A DNA stretch of 64,000 nucleotides from an uncultured Methanosarcinales archaeon (lineage in GTDB: Archaea > Nanobdellota > Nanobdellia > Woesearchaeales > UBA12501): positions 110,957 through 174,956 of the forward strand of contig CAYWPA010000001.1 of NCBI GenBank assembly GCA_964459835.1, given 5' to 3'. Position 1 is the stretch's first letter, and every line of letters begins with the position of its first letter. Under the pieces are notes generated by a model. The model ran no database searches. It was not told the origin of the DNA and saw only the letters and a program-made list of their open reading frames with translations. The translations under genes and the position numbers were made by a program. Shown in pieces: positions 29,401-38,718 of this stretch.

Positions 29401-31765
29401 ATTCATAACAGGCGCTTCCAAGTTCAACAGGATTTATGTTGGTAGGAATGATGAAAGAAGCGTAAGGGGAATAATAGAAAAAGTCGGAGAGAACGAATTT
29501 ATGCTTGCAAGCTACAGAAATGTAGGAACAAATGTCTGCAGCATAGTAGATAAGTACAATAACAAAGTTGCTTCAGGATGCACAAAAAACATAAACTGCC
29601 CTTTGATGTGCACACCTGAGATAGGAGATGACTACTGGAGCTTTACTGTCCAGAGCACCGACACAACAAAAGGGGCATTTGACATCTGGCCTGAACTTAC
29701 CTCAAAGATAAGGCTTGGAGGAGATTATGTTGGTTATGGAAAAACAAGCCTTCCTTCAAGCACCATAGAGATTGTTGGAGGAGATTATGTAACGGCATTG
29801 AATCAGTTCACTGCTTCTGCTGTTATTGAAGATGCAATCGCTTATTCATGGGACTTTGGAGACGGCGCTTTTATAGGATCAGAAGACCCGAATGAGGTTG
29901 CGGAAGTAGAGCATGTCTACAAAGAGGAAGGAACATTTACGGTTGCATTTAGGGTATTGGACAAGGACTTTACAATACACGAAGCAACAAAAACAAAATC
30001 AATATCAGCAATACCAGACGGAGCTCCCTGCATTGACAACAACCCAGACTATTGTCAGGGCGATTACTGTGTAAATGGATTATGCTCTTCACTTCCTTAT
30101 GCTGTAGGGGACGGCGTTTGCGATAATGAAGAAGGAGAATCAATATTAAACTCGGCAGACTGTGAAGGAGATGGAATTTGCGGAATGCAGGAGACATGCC
30201 AGAACTCTCCAAGTGACTGCGGCTTCTGCACAGGAAGCAGCTGCATCAGCCATGGAGAATGCCAGTCTGGCTTGTGTGAAAATAACATATGCGCAGCGCC
30301 AAGCTGCACAACAAGAGCAGGATGCCTTACAGAAGAGCAGTGCGTGCTTAAGTTTAGCAACGGAGATGGATACACATGCGATGCAGCAGCAGGAACAAGC
30401 GTATGCTGCAGCTACAATGGAGATAGCGGTATAAAGACTATTTTATCATTATCCTCAACAACAAACAAAGCAGAAATACCAACACTAAAAGGAGTCTTCA
30501 CAGACGAGTTTGACAAGGAGGCAAAGATAAAATCATCAACAGGGATAACATGCGCCTATACAGAGCAGGACTGCAACGCAGCAGGCTACGGATTCTGTGT
30601 TGGATCAATAAGCGATACAACAAACGGAAACGTTGGAGCATGCGGAACTTATAATATTAACGTATGCTGCAGCTATGGAACAAAAGGAATTTCTGTATGT
30701 GGAGATGGAATAATAGAAGGAAATGAGCAGTGCGAGGATGGCAACACAATAGATGGAGATGGATGCTCCAGAAGCTGCAGGGCTGAATACTGTGGAGATG
30801 GGATTGTACAGCAATCTTCAGATGTTGCAAAAGTGACAAGGATTTTCTTATGGAAGCCTGATCAAACAGCACAAACAGGTACTTGCAGAGGAGAGAACTG
30901 CGAAAAGCTTGGAGGAAATATGCAGCTTTCAGCATGCGCCAATAAAGCATGGGATTATTATGGAGAAGATGCTCCGCCACCACAGCCAGTACAGATGGGA
31001 ACAAAAACATGCAGACAAAATTCTTACAACGAATACAAACTTGAGTTGAAAAAAACAGAGGAATGTGATGATGGAAACGATATAAACACTGATGACTGCA
31101 CAAACACGTGCCAGAATCCTTCCTGCGACGATGGAATACAAAACAACGGAGAAGCAGCAGTTGACTGCGGAGGCCAATGTGCAGCCTGTGCGCTAGGACA
31201 GACTTGCACAGCGGATGCTGACTGCGGAGAAGGAAGCAAATGTCTAAACAACGTATGTGTTGACAAACTTTCATTTGAATTTGAGGTTTATGCAAGCGGA
31301 AATTTAGTTGGCACACAGCAGGCAGCAATTGGATTTGAAGAAGGAGATGCGCATATAGGTGCATTCAGCTATGGAGAGCAGCCAACATTGATAAGATCAA
31401 CAAACCAGCAGGTTGAGGTAAAATTCACAGGGCCTACTGATCAGGGAGTGCCATTAACCGCAACATATTTTGGAGGCGATAAATGCGGAATTGGGGGAGG
31501 CGTAACTTGTCCAAACTCATTTAGGATTTCAGACGAAACTCTAGAAGGCTGCCTGAAAGCAGTAAAAGACAGGCAAGGGTATACCAGCTATGGCTTGGGA
31601 GATTCATCACAGAGCGGAAGCTGCCAATATGAGGAATGCTTTTTCGAGTCTTGCAGAACAAAAACAGCACCAATATATTCCTTCAAAGCAGCAAAATATA
31701 CAATCGAAGTGTTTGCATGCATTGATTTGAACAAAGATAATACTTGCGATTATTTGCAACAATGA
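26492..31765 (+). CDS. Giant secreted cysteine-rich surface protein (1757 aa) with MopE-like metal-binding repeats, a PKD domain and Myxococcus-type cysteine-rich repeats
   Basis: Sec signal MAGKKIGLILILAVITIFSASFAFA. Repeats of the form CNDFNPNINPGATEVNDGIDNNCN. PKD motif …WDFGDG…HVYKEEGTFTV…. Repeat CGDGIIEGNEQCEDGNTIDGDGCSRSC. Module VDCGGQCAACALGQTCTADADCGEGSKCLNNVCV. Confidence 0.7.
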   Translation: MAGKKIGLILILAVITIFSASFAFAQSGCEACRSLEQSCQNAVDQCISKGDRVCSTYQTSVGGTAECSEDVLAACNPISSFCENYCGVPSFPVRADCDCGGECDFDNDNFISVEQSGNDCNDFNPNINPGATEVNDGIDNNCNRIIDEVCKGITDPVEEEVEFDSQVVPDAHDTNTKYVEWTDISGIDINRVVFDGFVQGGAPGSGSVGISCVKINGNVIAGDCSKDLIKKTDKKECRSGNSIGDTLYGILNLPVSEKDGTNVDVISIKTSDCGKSDNEVKLTVTKLEVPDIPSTCDFDGDGEADASDLDADGDGQKTAIVAKAGSQAGKDCNDFDKKTYFGAQEVCSDYVDNDCDDGKGAFDTEPLTGVNEGCEDENLFSCNFNGFKWVGPPTKLGGGSCCGNNAPEYFSAWIKAVEYIPSACWNINTVNNDAIIGTNLLEGTSWAREVGPKNGVVSPTEAYTSEEFSIEWSGVTERSLAVENVIPGTEYVFSAYVKTLQEEPNPEGTLFNVFVNNQLVKSLNYNDDWDKITYSFTPTTDTVFITVASNDVDYHVITFKNMFLYNKDERTVLHLNSKFYGCEAPSAIMNLKNTMTGEDLIETNYGGENKFNLGSNYCSKAGYWKKKADGKDHVIESLAPFTSDDPEFYQEEWCPENYCHTGFSCVTGEDFQTPGESFNLEGEKFKCVLGEWQTAEQKLDQDGDIGKVCGKSQCYYNDGVEDLCVNDGNFTFDSYCHKGTWTTRTNIISLELLNIVEEANTDDYSLFCGNYEESLNDLQFYVGTLKADASQAVLGKKTDQPTGPVFDCGYGQHQGEGIGCTNNYCVLSYYDPTDDEEKVVFGTSLNYPIEATRTDNPIWYDVNFLTLLDESRNTEGSPPHFNYCDGVISEGSDKFLGCLGKVGFIEGSPHTLWYNAKTNSVIYSEHKVTVGNVEFGENFAAFITSPFSSIFNFIISVFQNRAALQEQDYSFITGASKFNRIYVGRNDERSVRGIIEKVGENEFMLASYRNVGTNVCSIVDKYNNKVASGCTKNINCPLMCTPEIGDDYWSFTVQSTDTTKGAFDIWPELTSKIRLGGDYVGYGKTSLPSSTIEIVGGDYVTALNQFTASAVIEDAIAYSWDFGDGAFIGSEDPNEVAEVEHVYKEEGTFTVAFRVLDKDFTIHEATKTKSISAIPDGAPCIDNNPDYCQGDYCVNGLCSSLPYAVGDGVCDNEEGESILNSADCEGDGICGMQETCQNSPSDCGFCTGSSCISHGECQSGLCENNICAAPSCTTRAGCLTEEQCVLKFSNGDGYTCDAAAGTSVCCSYNGDSGIKTILSLSSTTNKAEIPTLKGVFTDEFDKEAKIKSSTGITCAYTEQDCNAAGYGFCVGSISDTTNGNVGACGTYNINVCCSYGTKGISVCGDGIIEGNEQCEDGNTIDGDGCSRSCRAEYCGDGIVQQSSDVAKVTRIFLWKPDQTAQTGTCRGENCEKLGGNMQLSACANKAWDYYGEDAPPPQPVQMGTKTCRQNSYNEYKLELKKTEECDDGNDINTDDCTNTCQNPSCDDGIQNNGEAAVDCGGQCAACALGQTCTADADCGEGSKCLNNVCVDKLSFEFEVYASGNLVGTQQAAIGFEEGDAHIGAFSYGEQPTLIRSTNQQVEVKFTGPTDQGVPLTATYFGGDKCGIGGGVTCPNSFRISDETLEGCLKAVKDRQGYTSYGLGDSSQSGSCQYEECFFESCRTKTAPIYSFKAAKYTIEVFACIDLNKDNTCDYLQQ

Positions 31766-33045
31766 AAAAGGCCCAATTAACTTCTTTTGCAATGATTGGC
31801 GTTGCCATGATTATAATCTTTGGCACAATCTATTATTTCAGCGGAGAGTATGCTGAGCAGGGCTTTGAGACAGAAGCGCAGAAGATTTTTTCTGACATTG
31901 AAAAGACAGGCTCAATTGAAAGCTATGCTTCTTCATGCCTGAAGAAGGTTTCATCAGAAGGGATAATGTTTCTTGGAAAACAAGGGCTAAGGCTTTTTGA
32001 AGAGCAGACAAATCCTGAAGCACCAACACCAACTACCCAGCTATCAATTGTTGATTTTAACAATTACAAAATAAGCCTTGCTGTTTCTGACGCAAAAGAA
32101 AAGGAGGTTCCGCAATACCCTTATGGTTTTGAAAAGCTGTTTATCGACGGAGAGGAGAACAGGGCTTCTGTATACGGAAAAAGCGAAATTCCTGCACTGT
32201 GCCAGAAAGGAGGGGTGAATGATGTTGAGGTTACAGAAACAACACCAGGGGTCTGCACATCTCCAATAAGGCCAAGGACAAGGGCATTTATGGAAAATTC
32301 ATTACAGGAACAGCTGCAGGCATACATTGAAAACAACTTAGATACATGCGTAGACAAGTCTTTCCTTAAAGAAGTTCCGGGGTTTGTTGTCGACACAAAA
32401 AAGCCTTCTGTAAATGTAACTATGGGAACAAAAGATGTATTGGTTGAGGCAGCTTATCCTATTTCAGTAAAAAAACAAGACGAGGAAATAATAAAATTTT
32501 ATGATTTCCAAACAACGCTTCCTGTTAGATTAAGCAGAATTTACCATGTTGCTGATTATTTAATTTACTTTGACACAAAATTCCTTGGATTCAATGTTTT
32601 TGAAGACATAAAAAAATCAGTTGATTGGGATGAAAACATTGAAATTAAAATGGAAAACACAGATGCAAGCAAAGTCATTACAATAACAGACCAGGCATCA
32701 AGGATTGATGGCCTTCCTTTTGCTGTTCACCTTGCAATGCCAAACAGAAACCCCGCTTTGGAGATGATTGAGACAGCAGAAGAATATAAAATCGGAGACA
32801 GGCTAGCTATTGAGCCAAAGGCATACGACCCAGATGATAATTCAGTACTAACCATTGAATATGAGCCAGGAACCCCACAAAGTGCAGCTTTTGTAAACAG
32901 GATAAAGCAAAGCATGGATGAAACAGGCAATATCAATTATATTCTGGCAGAAGAAGACAAAGGCTTGTGGAGGGTTAAAGCGGCTGTCGCAGATGAAAAA
33001 GGAAAAGAAGACTGGCAGGATTTGGTGATTAAAGTTACCGACTAA
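31762..33045 (+). CDS. Type IV pilin-like protein (class III signal peptide candidate), 427 aa
   Basis: N-terminus MKKAQLTSFAMIGVAMIIIFG fits the archaeal prepilin motif [KRDE][GA][ALIFQMVED][ILMVTAS] (K-A-Q-L) followed by a hydrophobic helix. The gene overlaps the end of the upstream giant gene. Confidence 0.5.
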   Translation: MKKAQLTSFAMIGVAMIIIFGTIYYFSGEYAEQGFETEAQKIFSDIEKTGSIESYASSCLKKVSSEGIMFLGKQGLRLFEEQTNPEAPTPTTQLSIVDFNNYKISLAVSDAKEKEVPQYPYGFEKLFIDGEENRASVYGKSEIPALCQKGGVNDVEVTETTPGVCTSPIRPRTRAFMENSLQEQLQAYIENNLDTCVDKSFLKEVPGFVVDTKKPSVNVTMGTKDVLVEAAYPISVKKQDEEIIKFYDFQTTLPVRLSRIYHVADYLIYFDTKFLGFNVFEDIKKSVDWDENIEIKMENTDASKVITITDQASRIDGLPFAVHLAMPNRNPALEMIETAEEYKIGDRLAIEPKAYDPDDNSVLTIEYEPGTPQSAAFVNRIKQSMDETGNINYILAEEDKGLWRVKAAVADEKGKEDWQDLVIKVTD

Positions 33046-33121
33046 AACCACCACAATATTTTTAAATAAACTGCCCTCTAAAAGCCTTGTTGGGATTGAT
33101 TGGAGTAAAAGCGGTGAATAG

Positions 33122-36100
33122 ATGAAAAAGAGGCTTTTGTTACTTGGCTTAATAGCTGTATTTTTTGCGATTCTTGCATCAAATGCTTACGCAGGATGTT
33201 GTGTTGCAGAAGCAGGATGCACAGGTCCAGCAACAGGCCCAGCAGATTGTGAAGTTGGGGAAACATATTCTTCAAATGATTGCTCTGAAATCGTAACATG
33301 CGATTTAGGAGTCTGCTGCGGTGTAACTCCTGCAAGAAACTATTTGTCAAGAAGCGAATGTGCAGGCATTGATGGATCATTCTACACATTGTATTCACAT
33401 ACACCAAAAAACCTATTATTAATAGAACAAGAAGATCCTGTTGCTTTTTGTACTGATAAACCAACACCTTGTACATTAAACTCATGCGGAGGACCTGTTC
33501 CAGCAGAATGTTTATGCGGAGATACTGTTGCATCAGCAGGAGATTATTGCTGTTCTGAAAATGTCAGAACAAATGCATTAAGGATTTATGAAAATCAGGT
33601 AGAATGCACAACCTCACCAAGCTTATGCGAAGCTCCTGAAATTCCAACTGTATGCACACAAGATGAAACTCAAATATGCACAGATGGAAGCATAATTGTA
33701 ACATATCAATGCATTAACGGAGCACTGACAGCTACAGGAAATATATGCCCGACACCAGCATGCACTGCGCCTGTATTTGAAGAATGTCCTGACCGCTCAA
33801 CAATAAGAACATATAACTGTGAAAATGGATTATTGGTTGCGACGCAGGAAGAATGCCCTCTGCTTCCTCCAACAATAGCTTTAGAAGGAACATGTGGAGA
33901 CGGAACAGTCAATTCTCCTAACGCTGCAGGGCAGTTTGAACAGTGCGAAGCAGACAGCGGCTGTAGTGATTATAAGGGACTGGAAGGAGTATGCACAGCA
34001 TGCGAATGCGTATACAGCTGCGTTGACCCTACTGTTTCTCCAAGCTTAGCAGTAAAGCATGAAAGGGATTTTAAGCTGACTTTAAACTGGCAGTTGAACA
34101 CCCAATGCGCAGTCGACAAGTTCTCCATATATAAATGCTCAACAAAAATAGGAGCAAGCTGCACAGGATTTGAGATAATAAATGAAGTAACCGAAGAAAC
34201 AGGAAAGCTAAGCCACAGCTATGAGGATTACGATGTAAAGGCGAACATGCAATACTGCTACAAAGTTGATGCTGTTTATGGAGACGGCACAACAACATCT
34301 TCAGAAACAGTATGCGTAAATTCAGGCGATGAAGGATGCATGGAGTTTGACAATGAGTTCTGCGAAGAAAATAAAAGATATTATTGCGATGAAACAACAA
34401 CAAACAAAAAAACATTGGTTGCAGACTGCGAGGAAAGGACATGCATTGGCCCGAATGAAAACGGGGCAACAATATGTGCAGGCACAGGTGAATGCGATAA
34501 GTGCAATGACTTATTTGGCCTGTTTGGGCAGGAAGGGACAGCACAGTCTTTCTTTATCGGAACAAAAGATATGCTTAGCTGCATTTCACAAATTCCATCA
34601 TGCTATTTAGATACTACAAAAACAAATATAGACAAATTCTATTTCTGCAAAGAAACAGAAAGCTGCTATGACTACAAATCAGAAGGCGCGTGCAATAACA
34701 ATGACAATACATGCCAGGTTGGAGAGTGTGAATGGATAAGCGTAAACGAGGAATTTGGAACAGGCGTATGCAGGCCTGTAGATGAAAATGTGCAGCAATG
34801 CGGAAAATGCAATGAGGACGCAGAGTCAGGAAGCAGCTTCTTCGGAGCTTGCACCCCTGAAATGTGCATGGCTTATGGAGACTGCTATACTGGATTTAAT
34901 GGAGCGTGCATGGATAAGAAAAAGACAGGATGCTGGGAATATTATACAGAAGAACAGTGCGCTCCTGACGGAAACGTTCTTGTAGATGCTGTTTATGAAG
35001 GCGAAACAAGAGTAGGAAACACAAACAACATACTGGAAAGGAGCAATGATGCTGCAGGATTTGGATTATGCAAGTGGAACGGCATTTCATGCTTTAAGGA
35101 TGCAGACAGCAACGATATGCCTGACTGCAGAAATGATGGAGAAGATGAAGCCTGCAAAGCAGACAACATGATTCCCACAACAACGCTTATTATAGATAAT
35201 ATTCCTTCTGTAAATGGCAAGCTTCTGCTGCCAAAAACAATAAACATTCCTGTTTCTGTTTCAGAAAGGGCAAAGACCTACTTCTGCATTTCAGGCACAG
35301 AATGCTACCCTGACAAAAGAAGCGCATGCGGAATACAGGAAAATGCAGAGATTCAAAGCGGAGAATACACTCTTTATTATTATTCGGAGGACTACTCACA
35401 CAATCTTGAAGCTGTACAGGCAAAAGAAGTAGTGATTGATTCAGATGATCCTGAAATAAACATTATTCTTTCTTCACAAGAGCTGACAAACAGAAACCAC
35501 AATGTTGAGGTAATATTGCAGGCAAATGAGGTAGTAAGGTGCAACGGTCATATGGAAACACAGCTTGGCCAGCAGGTTGGATCAAACACAGATGTAGAAG
35601 GCCTTTCAGGCCTTGAGCTGGAAAATGAAATAAACGGAATTGGAACAGGATTTGGCATAACATACTACAACATAAAAGATGACAAGTATTATTTTGTATA
35701 TTCCTGCAATGATGAGGCTGGAAACAAGGCTGAAGGTGAAAAAGAAATAACCCTTGACAGCAACAAAATACACAACCCTCTTCCTTTTGGGCCTGTAGGC
35801 ACAAATACAGTTACTTTAAGCGTCCAGACAGACAGCGCAGCAGATTGCAGATATGGAACAACAACAAGCTTCGACAGTATGACTCCTTTCACAGAGACAG
35901 GCAGCACTCAGCATTCAGCTGTTGTTGGAGTGGAAGCAAATAGGCTGTATAATTATAATGTCAAGTGCAAATTTGGAACAAATACTGTTGGAAATGAAGG
36001 AGACAGAATAATATTTTCTTCAGACAAAACATCCCCAAGCGTAAAGATTGTTACAGTAACAGGAGCAGACTTCAACACAGAACTAAGCTATGGTGATGAC

Positions 36101-38689
36101 CAGACATTCTATATTGAATGTATTGACAGGCCTTTTGAGATTGGCAGGTTTAACTTTGGCTGCAAAGAAACAACATATACAATAGGAACACCAAATACAT
36201 TTAATGGCGGTGTAAGCAATGCTATCACAATCACGGACACCCAGGCAATAAGGATTGTCGCAGCAGACAATGGAGGAAATGCAAATGTTCCGCCTGTATT
36301 TATTCCAATAAAGATAGAGAAAACAAAGCCAGAGCTGACAATAGAGCTGCTTAATTTCCCTGCAGGAAAAACGTCTCTTGAAATACTTGGCGCAGGAGAT
36401 TATATAGTAAAGGTAAAGTCAAACAAGCCTCTTGGCTCATTAGAAGCATTTGCACACGTAAACGAAATTCCTGTAGAAGTCAAGCAATTTAAGTCAACTT
36501 CTGTATTGAATACAGAGTTTGAGGGAATAATACATATTCCGTTTGCATTTGAAAGCGAGCTGTTTGAAGATATAATTGCAAACGGAAGCATAAGAGTAGA
36601 TGGATTGATCGGAACTTACGGCTCATTATGCGCAGACACTTCTACAACATTTGACCTTGATATAAGCAAAAGACTTAACTTTATTGTTGATACAAGAGGA
36701 GCAGAGCTTGAGCTGAAGCCAAGCATTGAAAACTACGCATCTATGGAATACCCAGCATATAAATATTCTGACTCTGATGTATACTACACAAGCGACCCAA
36801 TGTTTTTTGTTTCAGGAACAGTTGCAAGTTTTGTTGGAGGAGTACAGTTCTATGCAGCTAATGGGCATGATTTTGTTGAGGAGTTAGGAATACCTAAGGC
36901 AAGCTACAGCTTGGGAGAGAATGCAAAGGAAATGCCTGTAGACTATATCCTGGCAAGTGCAGCAGGAGAAATAGGAAGCAAGTCAATATTTGTTCCTGCG
37001 CAAAGCCTTCCAAACGATTTTGCAGCAGGAAAATATTACCTAAGATTCTCAGGCCATGAAAGAGAAAGCTACGGACATTACCATGAATTTTATGGGGTGG
37101 AAAAAGTCGATATAAAAGCATATAATGCAAACATAACCTTGGCTTCTGAACTAGAGGATAACATTGACTTTGGAGAGCCGATTGACTTGTTCACAAAACC
37201 ATATCCCTACAACTGGTTTGGAGCAAGAGTAAACATAAGCGAAGGATATCCTGAGGTAAGGGAAACTTTATTCTATGCAGGAGCAGGAGGGGAAAGAACC
37301 AAACAATACAAGCTGTTCCTTGAATTATATCCTCCTTATGTCATAAGGCAGGATCCAAAAGATTTCATAATAAATGACAAAAGAAAGCCTTTGTCAATTT
37401 TAGTAAGGGATGACCCAAGCGGAGCGCTTCTGGATGAAAATACAATTAGGCTTATGCTTACGCAGGATGGAAAGAGAAAATCAATCAAACCAGCAGTAAC
37501 AAAGTTCCAGAGCGGCGGCTTTTGGTTCTATAACATTTCATATGCTCCAAAAGAAGACTACACAGGCCTTAACATTGCAAACTTTACAGGAAGGGACAGG
37601 GCAGGCAACCCTTTAACAGCAACAGACGGTGGAAAGCCTGCATTTGCATTCTCTATCAACGATAATATTCCTAACACTCCTTTAATTACATTTGAAGGAG
37701 GAGCAGAGCACGATGGAATATGGTATTCAACTACAACGCCACCTTTCACAATAAAGTTCTATGAAGATGAAGAAGTTGGATTAAGAGGCATCTTCCTTGA
37801 TAATGAAGACCATCAAGTTCCTGCACAATGCAATAAGCTTGAAAGAAACACATGGAAATGCACACTTGACAATCCTTTGCAGCCAAGAGTGTTTGAATCT
37901 GATGGAATAACTGTGATTGAAGATGACATGTTTGACATAATTGTAAGGGCGCATAAAATATTTGCTCCAGGTTTGACAGGAGATGACGGAAGATATCACA
38001 ATCTGCTTGTCATTGACAACATAAAGCCAGAGATTGTAAACATGAATTATAATCCTATAACAAGGCAGGAGAATAAGGATTACACATTAACATCAACTGT
38101 GCACAATGAGCAGCACGACTTAAAAGGAGAATTGTTCTACAAAGGAATAGAGTACCCATTAAGGCAGGCTGCAAACATCGGCTCATTCTACCAATTCGTA
38201 TGGCAGGTTCCATTCTTTGGCATCGGAGCAGATGTTGAAAGGCCGCTTCCGTTTGTTGTAAGGCTTTGCGATTATGCAGGAAACTGCGATGACTTCACAG
38301 AAGGGATGGTTACTATTGACCTTACTCCTCCTGATATCACAAAAGTAGAAGTTAGGGTATTGGAATCGCCAAGGCCAGAGCCTGAGTTTATAACGCCTGT
38401 AACAAGGATTTCAGTAAGCGGAAGCTTTACAGATCCTGACGTAAGCAGCGTATACCTAACCCCTGGAGACTATGACCCTTACACAAATACATATACTCCA
38501 ATAGCCCCAGGAACAGTCACTGGAAAAGACTTCACAATTTTTGTAACCCTAAAAGGCCCACCTCAAAACGTAACCTTAAATCCTATTAACATCACTTTCA
38601 TAGACGAAGCAGGATACCAGGCAAGGAAATCATACAGGGTTTATGCAGACTTGGAAAAGCCGTTTGCAGAAAGAATACAGATAAGATAA
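33122..38689 (+). CDS. Giant secreted protein (1855 aa): Cys-rich N-terminal ~550 aa followed by many beta-rich (Ig/fibronectin-like) domains
   Basis: Sec signal MKKRLLLLGLIAVFFAILASNAYA. Dense Cys spacing in the first third, long Cys-poor beta-strand-rich remainder, no TM anchor. Confidence 0.7.
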   Translation: MKKRLLLLGLIAVFFAILASNAYAGCCVAEAGCTGPATGPADCEVGETYSSNDCSEIVTCDLGVCCGVTPARNYLSRSECAGIDGSFYTLYSHTPKNLLLIEQEDPVAFCTDKPTPCTLNSCGGPVPAECLCGDTVASAGDYCCSENVRTNALRIYENQVECTTSPSLCEAPEIPTVCTQDETQICTDGSIIVTYQCINGALTATGNICPTPACTAPVFEECPDRSTIRTYNCENGLLVATQEECPLLPPTIALEGTCGDGTVNSPNAAGQFEQCEADSGCSDYKGLEGVCTACECVYSCVDPTVSPSLAVKHERDFKLTLNWQLNTQCAVDKFSIYKCSTKIGASCTGFEIINEVTEETGKLSHSYEDYDVKANMQYCYKVDAVYGDGTTTSSETVCVNSGDEGCMEFDNEFCEENKRYYCDETTTNKKTLVADCEERTCIGPNENGATICAGTGECDKCNDLFGLFGQEGTAQSFFIGTKDMLSCISQIPSCYLDTTKTNIDKFYFCKETESCYDYKSEGACNNNDNTCQVGECEWISVNEEFGTGVCRPVDENVQQCGKCNEDAESGSSFFGACTPEMCMAYGDCYTGFNGACMDKKKTGCWEYYTEEQCAPDGNVLVDAVYEGETRVGNTNNILERSNDAAGFGLCKWNGISCFKDADSNDMPDCRNDGEDEACKADNMIPTTTLIIDNIPSVNGKLLLPKTINIPVSVSERAKTYFCISGTECYPDKRSACGIQENAEIQSGEYTLYYYSEDYSHNLEAVQAKEVVIDSDDPEINIILSSQELTNRNHNVEVILQANEVVRCNGHMETQLGQQVGSNTDVEGLSGLELENEINGIGTGFGITYYNIKDDKYYFVYSCNDEAGNKAEGEKEITLDSNKIHNPLPFGPVGTNTVTLSVQTDSAADCRYGTTTSFDSMTPFTETGSTQHSAVVGVEANRLYNYNVKCKFGTNTVGNEGDRIIFSSDKTSPSVKIVTVTGADFNTELSYGDDQTFYIECIDRPFEIGRFNFGCKETTYTIGTPNTFNGGVSNAITITDTQAIRIVAADNGGNANVPPVFIPIKIEKTKPELTIELLNFPAGKTSLEILGAGDYIVKVKSNKPLGSLEAFAHVNEIPVEVKQFKSTSVLNTEFEGIIHIPFAFESELFEDIIANGSIRVDGLIGTYGSLCADTSTTFDLDISKRLNFIVDTRGAELELKPSIENYASMEYPAYKYSDSDVYYTSDPMFFVSGTVASFVGGVQFYAANGHDFVEELGIPKASYSLGENAKEMPVDYILASAAGEIGSKSIFVPAQSLPNDFAAGKYYLRFSGHERESYGHYHEFYGVEKVDIKAYNANITLASELEDNIDFGEPIDLFTKPYPYNWFGARVNISEGYPEVRETLFYAGAGGERTKQYKLFLELYPPYVIRQDPKDFIINDKRKPLSILVRDDPSGALLDENTIRLMLTQDGKRKSIKPAVTKFQSGGFWFYNISYAPKEDYTGLNIANFTGRDRAGNPLTATDGGKPAFAFSINDNIPNTPLITFEGGAEHDGIWYSTTTPPFTIKFYEDEEVGLRGIFLDNEDHQVPAQCNKLERNTWKCTLDNPLQPRVFESDGITVIEDDMFDIIVRAHKIFAPGLTGDDGRYHNLLVIDNIKPEIVNMNYNPITRQENKDYTLTSTVHNEQHDLKGELFYKGIEYPLRQAANIGSFYQFVWQVPFFGIGADVERPLPFVVRLCDYAGNCDDFTEGMVTIDLTPPDITKVEVRVLESPRPEPEFITPVTRISVSGSFTDPDVSSVYLTPGDYDPYTNTYTPIAPGTVTGKDFTIFVTLKGPPQNVTLNPINITFIDEAGYQARKSYRVYADLEKPFAERIQIR

Positions 38690-38718
38690 TTTGATAAGAC
38701 AATTGGATAATATGGCAG

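Noticed and set aside
30657-31364. 235-aa minus-strand ORF, and several 60-160-aa antisense ORFs inside the giant Cys-rich genes (e.g. 34071-34544, 40865-41200)
   Set aside because: Antisense to long sense ORFs with signal peptides and recognisable domains. Their His/Leu/Cys-rich composition comes from the reverse complement of Cys/Asp/Gly codons.
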